From an uncultured Acidimicrobiaceae bacterium (GTDB taxonomy: Bacteria; Actinomycetota; Acidimicrobiia; Acidimicrobiales; Bog-793): a DNA stretch of 64,000 nt. Made by a program: the position numbers and the translations under genes. This document shows positions 11,087-21,939 of this stretch, in pieces. Position 1 is the first letter of the stretch, and each line of letters starts with the position of its first letter. The notes under the pieces are model-generated. The model was not told the origin of the DNA, searched no databases, and worked only from the letters and a program-made list of their open reading frames with translations. The stretch is taken from contig CAWDRQ010000026.1 in NCBI GenBank assembly GCA_963804765.1, forward strand, positions 39,623 through 103,622. Reading direction: 5' to 3'.

Positions 11087-12335
11087 CTAGGGGGTGGGCT
11101 CCTGCTCGTGGGCGATCGTCCTGCGGATCATCTGTATCCGCTCGGCGGCGTGGTTCACATCGCCGCCTTTTGCCTCGAAAAGCGCCTTGCGGTCCTCCTC
11201 GGCCTCCAGCTCGGCGCCCGCGTCTGCCGCAGCCAGGCGCGCTTCGATACCTTCGGTGACGAGCTTTTCCGCTTCGGCGACCAGAGCCTCGACCATCTCG
11301 TCCTCGGGCACGACTCGCACGATCTTGCCCTTGATGAACAGGTGACCCTTGTGGCGCCCAGCTGCGATCCCGAGATCGGCCTCGCGGGCCTCCCCGGGCC
11401 CGTTGACCACGCAGCCCATCACCGCCACCTGAAGCGGCAGCGAGCGGGATTCCAGCGCCTCTTGGGCCCTCGCGCGCTATGTCGATGACATCGATCTCGG
11501 CACGGCCACAGGATGGGCACACGATGAGGTCCAGGCCCTTGCGCTCGCGAAGCCCGAGCGCTTCGAGCAGCTGACGACCGGCCCGCGCTTCTTGAACCGG
11601 GTCGGCGGTGAGCGAGTAGCGGATCGTGTCGCCTATGCCCTCGGCGAGAAGGGTTGCGATCCCTGCCGTGCCCTTTATCAGCCCGGCAGGCGGAGGACCG
11701 GCCTCTGTGACACCGAGGTGAAGCGGATGATCGAACGTCTCCGCCGCCAGCCGGTACGCCTCGATCATGAGCGGCACGTTGGATGCCTTCACCGAGATCT
11801 TCACGTCGTCGAAGCCGACCTCGTCGAAGTAGGCGAGCTCCATCCGTGCGGACTCGACGAGCGCCTCCGGCGTGGCGCCGCCGTACTTCTTGTACAAGCT
11901 GGGATGCAGGGAACCGGCATTCACACCGATGCGGATCGGAACGCCGCGGTCACGCGCTTCGGAGGCCACAAGCTTGATCTCCTCTGGCTTGCGCAAATTC
12001 CCAGGGTTCAGCCGGAGCCCATCAACTCCGGCCTCGAGCGCCGCGAGCGCCATCTCGTAATGGAAGTGCACGTCGGCCACGATCGGCACCGGCGAACGCG
12101 GGACGATCACAGCCAGACCCTCGGCCGCCTCCTGCTCGTTGCACGTGCAACGCACGATGTCCGCCCCGGCAGCCGCAAGTGCGTACACCTGGGCGAGGGT
12201 TGCTTCAGCGTCCGCGGTCTTCGTCACGGTCATCGACTGGACTGACACGGGGGCACCGCCGCCAACTAGAACCTTTCCCACCCTTATCTGGCGGGTCTTG
12301 CGCCGTTCGGCCAACGTCGCGCCTGTTCTGGACAT
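11087..12335 (-). CDS. ispG: HMBPP synthase (frameshift near 11470)
   Basis: [54 protein letters not shown]; [17 protein letters not shown] in second frame. Confidence 0.93.
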
Positions 12336-12437
12336 CGATCGCGAGCTTAGCGGCGTGCCGGAGAGGGCCTCGGTCGCTCCGGACAGCACGCGAAACCAGC
12401 CCGGGCCTCGTTGACGCGCCCGTTCGGCGGCCGGCTC

Positions 12438-13826
12438 TTAGCCTCCGGGTAGTTGGGCCGGGTTGACGATGTTCATGTAGAGGGCTCCGAGCCCGACGAT
12501 CACGACGAAGAGCAGGAAGACGTAAGCGACCGGCATGAGCTTGGCAACGTCGGCGTGATAGGTACGCCCTTTGCGGGAACGGACCCGCTCGTAGATGGCG
12601 ATCGCGACATGACCTCCGTCGAGGGGGAGCATGGGGAACAAGTTCACGATGCCCACGAAGAGATTGATCGCGGCGAGCAGGGCCAGCAGCGCGGTGACGT
12701 CTTGCCTGGCTGCCTGGGCACCGATTTGAACGGCTCCGACTATGGACAGGATCGTCCCTCCCCCAGATCCCTGTCCGGACGCCCCCGAGGACCCGGAGGC
12801 TTGGCCGTTGCCAGCCACGGCGACCTGGTGGGCGAAATTGCTGAGGCCGTGCAGGGAGAAGACCTGGGCCAGCCCGCTGAGTGTCTGACCGACCATGGAA
12901 CCGAGCTCCGAGCCGGCACGGCCGACTGCGGTGAACGCTCCGACCGACACGTTCCTCACATTGGTGAGCTGAACGCCGATGACCCCCTTCGGCGGGCCCG
13001 AAGGGTTCGCGGCCTGGACACGCTGGCCGCCGATCTCCTCCACGACGTGGCGACCATCTACCGGAGTGACCCGGAGGGTGAGGTCGTGGCCGTTGCGGTC
13101 CACGACGAAGCTGAGCGCGTCACCGGGATGCTTGTTCACGAGTGTGATGAGCGAGTTCAGACCGGCGACCTTGTGCCCGTCGACGGCCACGATCACGTCG
13201 CCGGGCCTCAGCCCGGCGCGTTGTGCCGGGCTGAGGCCCTTGGAGAATTGCCCGAGGCTCGTGATCGTGGGCGACGTCGCGCTCGGTGCCCCCGAAAAGG
13301 CATACAGGCAGAACAGCAGCAAGAACGCGAGGATCACGTGCATACCAGACCCCGCGGATGCAACCAGGAGACGCCGGGGGAAAGATGCCTGGCGGTAGCT
13401 GCGCGGCTCGTCGGACGGGTCAACCTCCTCGAGCATCGTCATACCGACGATCCGGACGTAGCCGCCCGCCGGGATCGCCTTGACGCCGTACTCGGTCTCT
13501 CCCCGGCGCATCGACCACAACCTCGGCCCGAAGCCCAGGAAGTACTCGGTGACCTTCATCCCGCTCCACTTCGCGGTGGCGAAGTGGCCGAGCTCGTGGA
13601 ACATGATCATGGCCACCAGCGCGAGCACGACGACGAGGACGGGCAACGCGCCCAACACGATCGCGAGGACTAGGCCCGCGACCACGACGGCGGCCAGCCG
13701 CAACAGCGGCCCGAGTCCGGCCGCCCGCGACTGGGGGGCGAGCGGCACGCCAGCGCCAGAAGCGTCGTCCATCAGGACAAGTCTCTCGCTTCTTGGCCCT
13801 ATTGAGTCGTCATATCGAGCGCTCAT
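12438..13826 (-). CDS. RIP/M50 metalloprotease with PDZ domain (RseP-like)
   Basis: HELGH zinc motif, FGPRLWS, GGYVRI, NLFPMLPLDGGH; between dxr and ispG; start uncertain (13826 or 13772). Confidence 0.9.
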   Translation of the reverse strand: MSARYDDSIGPRSERLVLMDDASGAGVPLAPQSRAAGLGPLLRLAAVVVAGLVLAIVLGALPVLVVVLALVAMIMFHELGHFATAKWSGMKVTEYFLGFGPRLWSMRRGETEYGVKAIPAGGYVRIVGMTMLEEVDPSDEPRSYRQASFPRRLLVASAGSGMHVILAFLLLFCLYAFSGAPSATSPTITSLGQFSKGLSPAQRAGLRPGDVIVAVDGHKVAGLNSLITLVNKHPGDALSFVVDRNGHDLTLRVTPVDGRHVVEEIGGQRVQAANPSGPPKGVIGVQLTNVRNVSVGAFTAVGRAGSELGSMVGQTLSGLAQVFSLHGLSNFAHQVAVAGNGQASGSSGASGQGSGGGTILSIVGAVQIGAQAARQDVTALLALLAAINLFVGIVNLFPMLPLDGGHVAIAIYERVRSRKGRTYHADVAKLMPVAYVFLLFVVIVGLGALYMNIVNPAQLPGG

Positions 13827-15030
13827 GGCGACCAACCGCAGCCGCGGCCCGTACGCGGGCGGCCGCGTCGGCCGCCAGGACGTCCTCCACCTGCACCAGG
13901 TCGGTGGGCTCGTGGACCTCGAGAGTGTCGGCCACGACCTCGGCGATCGCCGACCACGGTATGCGCCCGTCCAGGAAGGCCGCCACGGCAACCTCGTTGG
14001 CGGCGTTCAGCCACGCCGGCGCGCTGCCGCCCGCGCGCCCCGCCTCGTAGGCGAGCCCGAGGCACGGGAAGGTCACGAGGTCCGGTGGCTCGAACTCGAG
14101 GTGAACCGGCGCCGCGAAATCGAGCGAGCCGTATGGGTGAGCGAGACGATCCGGATAGCCGAGCGCGTAGCCGATCGGGAGGCGCATGTCGGGAACCGAG
14201 AGCTGAGCGATCGTCGTCCCGTCGCAGAATTCCACCATGGAGTGCACGATCGACTGGGGGTGGACCACAACCTCGATGCGGTCATAGTCGATGCTGAACA
14301 ACTCGCGAGCCTCGATCACCTCGAGGCCCTTGTTCATGAGAGTCGAAGAGTCGATCGTGATCTTCGGCCCCATCCGCCACGTCGGATGGGCGAGGGCGTC
14401 GGCCACCGTCACCGATGCGAGATCGGCCGCGGTCCTTCCCCGAAAGGGTCCGCCACTGGCTGTGATCACCACTCTGGCCACTGCCTCGGGGCGACCGCAG
14501 GCAAGGCACTGGTGTATGGCGCCGTGCTCGGAGTCGACCGGCACGAGCTCGGCACCCACACTTGAGCGGGCGCGCTGGACCACCGGCGCACCGGCCACGA
14601 GCGACTCCTTGTTCGCGAGAGCGAGCCGACGTCCTGCCCGCAGCGCCGCGACCGTCACCCCTAGGCCCGCGAATCCGACGACAGCGTTCAGGACCACGTC
14701 AGCAGACTCCACGAGGGAGCACAGTGCACCGGGACCGGCGCGTAGCTCGGTACCGGCAGGCAGCAACTCGGAGAGCCTCCGTTCGAACGCGCCGTCGGCG
14801 ATGGCGACGACTCCAGGGTGAAATTCCTCCGCTTGGGCCGCGAGAAGCTCGACTGATCTGGCCGCCCCGAGCGCGCTGACGACGAAACGGCCCGGGGCCG
14901 ACCGCAGCACATCGAGGGTCTGGGTACCGATCGAGCCGGTCGAACCGACAACGGCTACCCGCCGTCGTGAGTCGTCTCGACGCCCGGGAACGGTGTGGAG
15001 GACCGGCGTTGGCTGGTCCACGATCATCAT
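13810..15030 (-). CDS. dxr: 1-deoxy-D-xylulose-5-phosphate reductoisomerase
   Basis: GSTGSIGTQ, LANKESLV, PVDSEH, TASGGPF, HPTWRMGPKITIDS, NKGLE, NAANEVAV. Confidence 0.96.
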   Translation of the reverse strand: MMIVDQPTPVLHTVPGRRDDSRRRVAVVGSTGSIGTQTLDVLRSAPGRFVVSALGAARSVELLAAQAEEFHPGVVAIADGAFERRLSELLPAGTELRAGPGALCSLVESADVVLNAVVGFAGLGVTVAALRAGRRLALANKESLVAGAPVVQRARSSVGAELVPVDSEHGAIHQCLACGRPEAVARVVITASGGPFRGRTAADLASVTVADALAHPTWRMGPKITIDSSTLMNKGLEVIEARELFSIDYDRIEVVVHPQSIVHSMVEFCDGTTIAQLSVPDMRLPIGYALGYPDRLAHPYGSLDFAAPVHLEFEPPDLVTFPCLGLAYEAGRAGGSAPAWLNAANEVAVAAFLDGRIPWSAIAEVVADTLEVHEPTDLVQVEDVLAADAAARVRAAAAVGRHERSI

Positions 15031-16598
15031 CCCACGTGGGCCAGGCGAACGAAGTAATAGGCCGCGGGGAGCACGAAGAGCAGCGCGTCGATGCGGTCCA
15101 GCATCCCGCCGTGGCCGGGCAGCAGCGACCCCATGTCCTTGACTCCGAGGTCGCGCTTGATCATTGACTCGACGAGGTCGCCGCAAGGCGCCACCACTGC
15201 GACGATGAGGCCCAGCACGAGCGCCGTGCCGACGTGCCAGGGATGGATCTGGCTCGTGATGCCTGCCGACGCCGCGATCGCCACCACACAACCACCCAGC
15301 AGGCCCTCCCAGGTCTTGTTCGGGCTGACCAACGGGGCGAGACTGTGCCGTCCGAAGCGGCTGCCGACCACATAGCCACCGACGTCGTAACCGACCGCGG
15401 CGATGATCGCTCCCAGCATGAACGCGATCCCGTGACGATCCGGGAAGATCGTCGGGTCGACCAGGAGCCCGGCGAACGCGGCCAGCACTCCCGTCCAGCC
15501 AAACGCGAAAACGGTGACAGACAGGTTGGTGAGCGGCGAACGGCGCGTGATCCCGGCGAGATACCAGACCATCGCGACCACGATGAAGATCACGAAGGCG
15601 AGCACGATCGCGTCAGGCCCTCGGAAGTAGGCGGCGATGATCACCCCCGGCACGGCGACTACGCCGAGCAAGGTTGCGGGCCGATACCCGGCGAGGCGCA
15701 AGGAGTTGAAGAGCTCAGCTGCCGCGAGCGTCACGGCCACGACCACCAGAGCCAGGACCGCAGGAGGCCCAGCGTAAAAGCACAGGAGCAGGACGGCGGC
15801 AAGCACGACGCCTGTGAGAGTGGCGACGACCGGGTTGCGGGAAGCCGCGTCGTTGCCGGCGCTTGCAACCACGACCGACCGTTGTGCCCAACGGCGGGCT
15901 CGGCGTGCAACGTGCCTCCGACGCCGCAACGGCGCTACCGCAGCGCCGTCGGAGTCCTCCGCGAGGGTCGCCGCAGGGACCGACTCTGCTCCAGGAGGTG
16001 CGTCGGGCGCACCGACGAGAGGCGGTGCCGCCTCGGCGACTGGTGAAGACGCGTCCGCGGGTCGTGGCAGCTGCACAGACGGGTCAGGTAGCTCGTTCCG
16101 GGCGATCCAGGAAGCCTCGCCGGCGTCGTCGAGGAAGTCGTAGGCGAAGGGGTCGTCGGACGACGGCTCCTCTGAGGCCGTGACACTGAGGCCGGAACTG
16201 GCGAGGTCGGCAAGGACGGCGTCGCTGTCGTCCCAGTCCTCCTGACGCTCGCGCCACACGGGTCCCCCGGGCGGTGCGGGCAGTGGGCCACCCCGCTCCA
16301 CCGCAGCCTCCTGCTCGAGGTCCAACAGCACGCGGGGAACCTGCAAGGTGGGCGGGTCTGTCCAGTCAGGCAGCTCGTAAGAAGCAAGCACTTCGGCCAC
16401 TGACTGTGAGCCGGGGGCCCGCGCAGCTTCGTCGGAACTCGCCGACCCGGGAGACCCCTCGACCGCGTCGGAGCCAGGGCGCGCCGCCGCCTCGGTCGAC
16501 GGCACCAACCCGGCCGCGATCCCGGCCTCGACACCGGCAATCCGAGCCCGTTCGGTGACCGGCTCGCCGGTCCCCTGAGACTCTTGTCCGTCCTCCAC
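15027..16598 (-). CDS. cdsA: Phosphatidate cytidylyltransferase with long acidic N-terminal extension
   Basis: SPNKTWEG, GDLVESMIKRDLGVKDMGSLLPGHGGMLDRIDA; GTG 16598 preceded by GAGGGAGG. Confidence 0.9.
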   Translation of the reverse strand: MEDGQESQGTGEPVTERARIAGVEAGIAAGLVPSTEAAARPGSDAVEGSPGSASSDEAARAPGSQSVAEVLASYELPDWTDPPTLQVPRVLLDLEQEAAVERGGPLPAPPGGPVWRERQEDWDDSDAVLADLASSGLSVTASEEPSSDDPFAYDFLDDAGEASWIARNELPDPSVQLPRPADASSPVAEAAPPLVGAPDAPPGAESVPAATLAEDSDGAAVAPLRRRRHVARRARRWAQRSVVVASAGNDAASRNPVVATLTGVVLAAVLLLCFYAGPPAVLALVVVAVTLAAAELFNSLRLAGYRPATLLGVVAVPGVIIAAYFRGPDAIVLAFVIFIVVAMVWYLAGITRRSPLTNLSVTVFAFGWTGVLAAFAGLLVDPTIFPDRHGIAFMLGAIIAAVGYDVGGYVVGSRFGRHSLAPLVSPNKTWEGLLGGCVVAIAASAGITSQIHPWHVGTALVLGLIVAVVAPCGDLVESMIKRDLGVKDMGSLLPGHGGMLDRIDALLFVLPAAYYFVRLAHVG

Positions 16599-16703
16599 AA
16601 TTCCTCCCTCGCGGGTTCCTCTGGTGTCGCCGGCATCGTCTCCGCGTGCCACTGCATCAAAGGCTCCCGGCGCGGCGACGGCTAGGTGCCGGACCGCCGA
16701 TGC

Positions 16704-17276
16704 TCAGATCTCGAGCAACTCCCGTTCCTTGTGGCTCAACAGCCTGTCGATCTCCGCGATCTGGTCGTGGGTCAGGCTCTCCAGCTCCTTTTCGGCGCGA
16801 TCGAGGTCGTCCGAGGAGATGTCGCCCTGCCGCTCCAGTGCTTCGAGGTCATGCCGAGTTGCACGACGGACGTTGCGCACGGCGACTCGCCCTTCCTCGG
16901 CTCGATGCCTCACGACCTTCACGAACTCCTTGCGCCGCTCCTCGTTGAGCTCGGGGAACACCAGCCTGAACACCTGCCCGTCGTTGGACGGGTTGATGCC
17001 GAGGTCGGAGCTGATCAGCGCCCTCTCGACAGCCTTCATCGCGCCCTTGTCATAGGGGTTGACCACGAGCACGCGGGGCTCGGGCACGCTGAATCCTGCT
17101 ATCTGCTGCAACGGGACCTCACTGCCGTAGTAGTCCACCCTGATCTTCTCGACGAGCGCCGGTGATGCTCGGCCGGTCCGAACCATTGCAAAGTCGGCCT
17201 TGGTGTGTTCGACCACCTTGTGCATGCGCTCACCGCTGTCGGCGAGCGCGGCTTCAATCAGCGCGTCGTCAGTCAC
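16704..17276 (-). CDS. frr: Ribosome recycling factor
   Basis: [39 protein letters not shown]. Confidence 0.96.
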   Translation of the reverse strand: MTDDALIEAALADSGERMHKVVEHTKADFAMVRTGRASPALVEKIRVDYYGSEVPLQQIAGFSVPEPRVLVVNPYDKGAMKAVERALISSDLGINPSNDGQVFRLVFPELNEERRKEFVKVVRHRAEEGRVAVRNVRRATRHDLEALERQGDISSDDLDRAEKELESLTHDQIAEIDRLLSHKERELLEI

Positions 17277-18028
17277 CTGATCAGCGTACCTATCCGTTCG
17301 CCCACCAAGGCGGCTCGAATGTTGCCTTCGTGCATGAGGTCGAAGACGAGGATCGGGATCGCGTTGTCCCGGCAGAAAGTGACGGCAGTGTGGTCCATGA
17401 CCCGCAGGTCTCTGGACACGACCTCCAAGAAACCGATCTCCTCGTAGCGGGTCGCGTTCGCGTCAAAGCGAGGGTCGGCGCTGTAGACCCCGTCCACTCC
17501 GGAGTGGGTTCCTTTCAAGATCGCGTCGGCCTCGATCTCCGCAGCCCGCAACGCGGCAGGAGTGTCCGTCGTGAAGTAAGGGTTTCCCATCCCTGCCGCG
17601 AAGATCACGACGCGACCCTTCTCCAGGTGGCGGATGGCGCGACGCCGGATGTAGGGCTCGCAGACCTCGGCCATGTGGATGGCCGACAACACCCGGGTCG
17701 GGCAGCCAACGTGCTCGAGCGCGTCCTGTAACGCGAGGGCGTTGATGACCGTGCCGAGCATGCCCATGATGTCCGAGGTCGCACGGTCCATTCCTTGGCC
17801 GGCACCCGTGGTGCCTCGCCAGATGTTGCCGCCACCGACGACGATCGCGATCTGAGTGTCGAGCTCGCTCTGGGCAGCGCCGATCTCCTTGGCGAGGCGC
17901 CCCACCGTCGACGCGTCAATGGTCTCGTCGGACAACGAGCTTGCCAGCGCCTCGCCGGAGAGCTTGAGCACGACCCGGTGCCACCGAGGCCGGGATGCTC
18001 CATCTCCGTCGGGCGCCACTTCGGTCAC
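17273..18028 (-). CDS. pyrH: UMP kinase
   Basis: [35 protein letters not shown]. Confidence 0.96.
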   Translation of the reverse strand: MTEVAPDGDGASRPRWHRVVLKLSGEALASSLSDETIDASTVGRLAKEIGAAQSELDTQIAIVVGGGNIWRGTTGAGQGMDRATSDIMGMLGTVINALALQDALEHVGCPTRVLSAIHMAEVCEPYIRRRAIRHLEKGRVVIFAAGMGNPYFTTDTPAALRAAEIEADAILKGTHSGVDGVYSADPRFDANATRYEEIGFLEVVSRDLRVMDHTAVTFCRDNAIPILVFDLMHEGNIRAALVGERIGTLIR

Positions 18029-18047
18029 AGGTGCCGCGCTTGCCCGC

Positions 18048-18851
18048 TCACGAGCCGACGACGGCCTGAGCAAAACGGAGCAGCTGTGCACCGCCGAGCA
18101 GCTGCCCGATCGTGTACTGCTCGTCGCGCACGAACGGCTGGTCGAGCAGCACGCGCTCTTTGTACCAGCCTTGGAGCCGACCTTCGACGATCTTGTCCAG
18201 CGCGGCTTGTGGTTTGCCCTCGTTGCGCGCGATCGCCGCTGCGGTCTGGCGGACGTCCTCAACCTGCTCTGCAGGCACGTCTTCACGCCGCAGGTACTCC
18301 GGACGGGCGAACGCGATGTGGAGGGCGATGTCGTGAGCGAGTGCCTCGTCGGCTCCAGTCACCTCCACGAGCACGGCATTCACACCGCGACCGTTCTGCA
18401 GGTGCAGGTAACTGCCGATGATCGCGGGCTCGGGAGCTTCGAAGCGGACGGTCTGGCCGAGCGCGACGTTCTCCTTCGAGACCAGAGTCAGGTTCTCGAT
18501 CCGATCCGAGTACAGTGCGAGCCCGTCTTCACCCTTTAGGGCGAGCTCGTTCGCGAGCTCCTCGACGAGCGAGACGAACTCGGGCGACTTCGCGACGAAG
18601 TCGGTCTCGCATTCGAGCATGGCGATCGCCCCGACCGGCTTGCGACCACCATGGACGACTACTGCGACCGCTCCCTCGGTACGCTCGCGATGCTGACGCT
18701 TTGCGGCACTGATGATGCCCGTCTCGCGCAGGACGCGCTCGGCCTCGTCCATGTCGCCACCGGTCTCCTCGAGCGCACGCCGGCAGTCCAGGATCCCCGC
18801 ACCCGTCCTCTTCCGGAGTGCCTGCACCTCCTTGGCGGTGACTGCTGCCAT
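18048..18851 (-). CDS. tsf: Elongation factor Ts
   Basis: [43 protein letters not shown]. Confidence 0.96.
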   Translation of the reverse strand: MAAVTAKEVQALRKRTGAGILDCRRALEETGGDMDEAERVLRETGIISAAKRQHRERTEGAVAVVVHGGRKPVGAIAMLECETDFVAKSPEFVSLVEELANELALKGEDGLALYSDRIENLTLVSKENVALGQTVRFEAPEPAIIGSYLHLQNGRGVNAVLVEVTGADEALAHDIALHIAFARPEYLRREDVPAEQVEDVRQTAAAIARNEGKPQAALDKIVEGRLQGWYKERVLLDQPFVRDEQYTIGQLLGGAQLLRFAQAVVGS

Positions 18852-18856
18852 CTCTT

Positions 18857-20017
18857 TCAATCCTCCGTAACGTGCTCTGTGACTGAGGCTGCCAGGCTCT
18901 CCTCCGCCGTCTCGTGTGTGATCGCATCGCCCGCTTGAGCCTCCCCGGTCATTGCCGGAACTTCACCGCCGTCCGCAACCGGTGCCTGCTCGGCGGTCTT
19001 CTCCGAGGCCTGCACGGGCTCGGCCGGCGGGACCGTATCGGCCACGGGCTCGACCGGCGGGGCCGTATCGGCCACGGGCTCGGCCGGCGGGACCGCCGCT
19101 GCCACGGGCTCGACCGGCGGGGTCGCCGCTGCCACGGGCTCGACCGGCGGGGCCGCCGCTGCCACGGGCTCGGCGGGAACGGCCGTATCGGCCACGGGAA
19201 CGGCCGGCGGGGCCTCGATCTCGGAGGCCCGGGAAGGGGCTGCAGGTTCGGTCGTCACCTCCACAACCGCCTGCGCGACGGGTTCCTGAATCGCGCGGCG
19301 GGCCCTGTTGGCTGCATCCGCGGCACGACGCGAAGAGATGAACCGGCCCTCGACGACGGCGTCGGCGATGACTCTGCACATGAGCCGACCCGCCCTGATG
19401 GCGTCGTCATTCCCGGGAATGACGTAATCGATGACATCCGGATCACAGTTGGTGTCCACAACCGCCACGACCGGCAGGTGCAGCTTGTTCGCCTCGGTGA
19501 CGGCGATGTGCTCCTTCTTGGTGTCGATCACGAAGATCGCGTCTGGCGGCCGGTCCAGCCGGCGCAAGCCACCCAGGTTCCGATCGAGCTTCTCGAGCTC
19601 GCGCTCGTGAGAGAGCGCCTCTTTCTTCGGCATCGCGGCGAAGTCACCAGCGGCTCGCGATGCCTCGAGCTCCTGGAGCTTGCGAACGCGCCCCGCAACC
19701 GTCTGGAAATTGGTCAGCATGCCTCCGAGCCAGCGCTGGTTGACATAGGGCATGCCGCACGCGACCGCGAATTCCGCCACGGGATCCTGAGTCTGCTTCT
19801 TCGTGCCGACGAAGAGGATCACCCCGCCCCCGGCGACGAGATCCCTCACGTAGGAGTAGGCGGTGTCCACGCGCTCCAACGTCTGATTGAGGTCGATGAT
19901 GTAAATGCCGTTGCGCTCGCCGAAAATGAAGCGCTTCATCTTCGGGTTCCAACGACGAGTCTGATGGCCGAAATGCACTCCGGCCTCGAGCAGTTGCTTC
20001 ATCGTGACGACAGCCAC
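18857..20017 (-). CDS. rpsB: 30S ribosomal protein S2 with long Pro/Ala/Glu-rich C-terminal tail
   Basis: [46 protein letters not shown]. Confidence 0.97.
   Translation of the reverse strand: MAVVTMKQLLEAGVHFGHQTRRWNPKMKRFIFGERNGIYIIDLNQTLERVDTAYSYVRDLVAGGGVILFVGTKKQTQDPVAEFAVACGMPYVNQRWLGGMLTNFQTVAGRVRKLQELEASRAAGDFAAMPKKEALSHERELEKLDRNLGGLRRLDRPPDAIFVIDTKKEHIAVTEANKLHLPVVAVVDTNCDPDVIDYVIPGNDDAIRAGRLMCRVIADAVVEGRFISSRRAADAANRARRAIQEPVAQAVVEVTTEPAAPSRASEIEAPPAVPVADTAVPAEPVAAAAPPVEPVAAATPPVEPVAAAVPPAEPVADTAPPVEPVADTVPPAEPVQASEKTAEQAPVADGGEVPAMTGEAQAGDAITHETAEESLAASVTEHVTED
19013..19212. repeat. 30-bp tandem repeat (~6.5 copies) inside the rpsB tail
   Basis: Units resembling CACGGGCTCG(G/A)CCGGCGGG(A/G)CCG...GC start at 19013, 19043, 19073, 19103, 19133, 19163, 19193; encode PP(V/A)EPVA(AA/DT)x. 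Confidence 0.92.
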
Positions 20018-20045
20018 GCGATTCTCCTCCCGACGGTTGAGTCAA

Positions 20046-20088
20046 TCCCGGCACCGCGCCCCGAAGGACGACCGCGGGCATGCCAGGA
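20046..20088 (-). promoter_or_regulatory. Hairpin in rpsB 5' leader (candidate S2 autoregulatory element)
   Basis: Minus strand UCCUGGCA...UGCCGGGA outer stem, CCGCG/CGCGG, inner GUCC-UUCG-GGGC tetraloop, just upstream of GGAGG SD. Confidence 0.5.
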
Positions 20089-20181
20089 CGTAGCTTGACA
20101 GAGACCCGATCGGGCCTCGCTGCCATGGTAGCTGGTCAGCCGCGCAGCTTCATCATCGGCTGCGCCACCGAGGGCTCGGCG

Positions 20182-20961
20182 TCAGGTCAGCTCGTCGCGC
20201 AGTCGTTGCCTCAGGTGGAGCACGGCCTTGGTGTGGATCTGGCAGGCGCGGCTCTCGGTCACCCCGAGGATCTCGCCGATCTCGGCAAGGTTCAGGCCCT
20301 CGTAGTAGTACAAGGTGAGCACCTTGCGCTCGCGATCATCCAGCCGCTGGATGGCCTTGGCTAGTTGTCGCCGGGTCTCTTCGAGCTCAATGGTCGCACC
20401 GGGAGCATCCCCTTGGTCCTGCAGGGTGTCGCCGAGCGTCTGGCCCCCGCTCCCGCCCTGGCGGAACAACACGTCGTCGAGCTGCAGCAGCCCGGCTCGT
20501 GAAGTCTGGCGCAAGATGTCGTCGAGATCGCTCGTGGTCATCTCCAGCTCGTCTGCGAGCTCTCGATCCGTCGGCGAACGACCGAGGTGGCCTTCGAGCT
20601 TGGAGAGCGCCGAGTCAACGGCCCGCGCCTTGGCGCGGACCGACCGCGGCACCCAGTCGATCGAGCGGAGCTCGTCGAGGATGGCGCCGCGCACGCGGGG
20701 CACGCCGTAGGTCTCGAACTTGATCGCCCTGGAAGGGTCGAACTTCTCGATGGCGTCGATCAGCCCGAGGATGCCGTAGCTCACCAGGTCGGAGTAGTCG
20801 ACGTGACTTGGCATCGCGGCAGCCACGCGTCCGGCGACGTACTTCACGAGAGGCGAGTAGTGAATGATCAGTCGATCGCGCGCTGACTGGTCCGCGGTCG
20901 ACTTGAAATCCGCCCACAACTCCTCAACGGACTGGAGACGGTCGGTCCCTGTCGAGGTCAT
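20182..20961 (-). CDS. FliA/WhiG-family RNA polymerase sigma factor
   Basis: LIIHYSPLVKYVAGR, GLIDAIEKFD, RGAILDELRSIDWVPRSVR, LYYYEGLNLAEIGEILGVTESR. Confidence 0.93.
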   Translation of the reverse strand: MTSTGTDRLQSVEELWADFKSTADQSARDRLIIHYSPLVKYVAGRVAAAMPSHVDYSDLVSYGILGLIDAIEKFDPSRAIKFETYGVPRVRGAILDELRSIDWVPRSVRAKARAVDSALSKLEGHLGRSPTDRELADELEMTTSDLDDILRQTSRAGLLQLDDVLFRQGGSGGQTLGDTLQDQGDAPGATIELEETRRQLAKAIQRLDDRERKVLTLYYYEGLNLAEIGEILGVTESRACQIHTKAVLHLRQRLRDELT

Positions 20962-21844
20962 CACGCTCTCGGATGAGCGCTTCGGTACGCTCCGACCAGT
21001 CGATCCGTGGACACGTGGGTGTAGATCTCCGTCGTCCGCAAGCTCGCGTGACCGAGCAGCTCCTGCACGACCCGCAAATCCGCCCCGCCGTCGACAAGAT
21101 GAGTCGCGTAGGTGTGGCGCAGTGCGTGCGGATGCGTCGGCACCGGCGAACGTCGGTCCAGGACCCGGCGAACGTCGCGTGAAGTCATCTGCCGACCGCG
21201 GCGGTTGACGAAGAGCGAACCTGCAGGAGTCGATCCGTTCACGAGCGCTCCGCGCCCGACGCGACATAACGATCTATCGCCTCGGCGGCCGGGTGGCTCA
21301 TCGGCACGCGGCGCTGTTTGCCACCCTTTCCCCAGACGGTGACCGACCGGGTCTTCAGATCGACATCGCCCAGCCCGAGGCCGCAGAGCTCGGCGACCCG
21401 GAGCCCACTGCCATAGAGGAGCTCGAGCAGCGCGTCGTCTCGTGCGTCGACCGACGCAGGCACCTTGGCCCGCGCGCCATCGGGAGTTGGTTCGAGAAGG
21501 GCTTCGAGCTCGGAGGGCGTGAGCACGCGGGGCAGGCGCGCCTCTCCTGCAGGGGCAGACAGGCGCCGGGAAGGGTCGACCGTGATGAGCCCGTGGCGGC
21601 GCAGCCACGCGAAGTATCGCCTTATGGCGGCGGCCTTCCTGGCGATAGTCCTACGGGAATACCTGCGCGTGGCCAGGTACGCCAAGTAGCGCCGCAGCAT
21701 GAGACGGTCCACTGTTCCTGGGTCCGCTACGCCGGCCCGGTCCGCCCACACCACGAACGCCTCGAGATCGCTCCGGTACGCGCGGCGAGTTGCCGACGCG
21801 TCCGACGCGAGCGAGCGCACGAAGTCTTCGAGCTCAAAGCCCAC
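20961..21844 (-). CDS. xerC: Tyrosine recombinase XerC (frameshift near 21250)
   Basis: [38 protein letters not shown]; second frame [36 protein letters not shown]. Confidence 0.88.
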
Positions 21845-21939
21845 AGCTCCACGGTACCCGAGTGGCGCGCGAAAAGTGCTGTTCCCTCCATAATTCGCTC
21901 ATGGCCCCGGGGGGCTCCAACTTGAGCGAGAATGGAGTC

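Noticed and set aside
19013-19212. 30-bp repeats as a CRISPR array
   Set aside because: Units are contiguous with no unique spacers, lie in frame within rpsB, and no cas genes are present.
20961-21844. Tyrosine recombinase as a prophage or island integrase
   Set aside because: XerC-type size and motifs, core position upstream of rpsB, no att sites or phage genes nearby.
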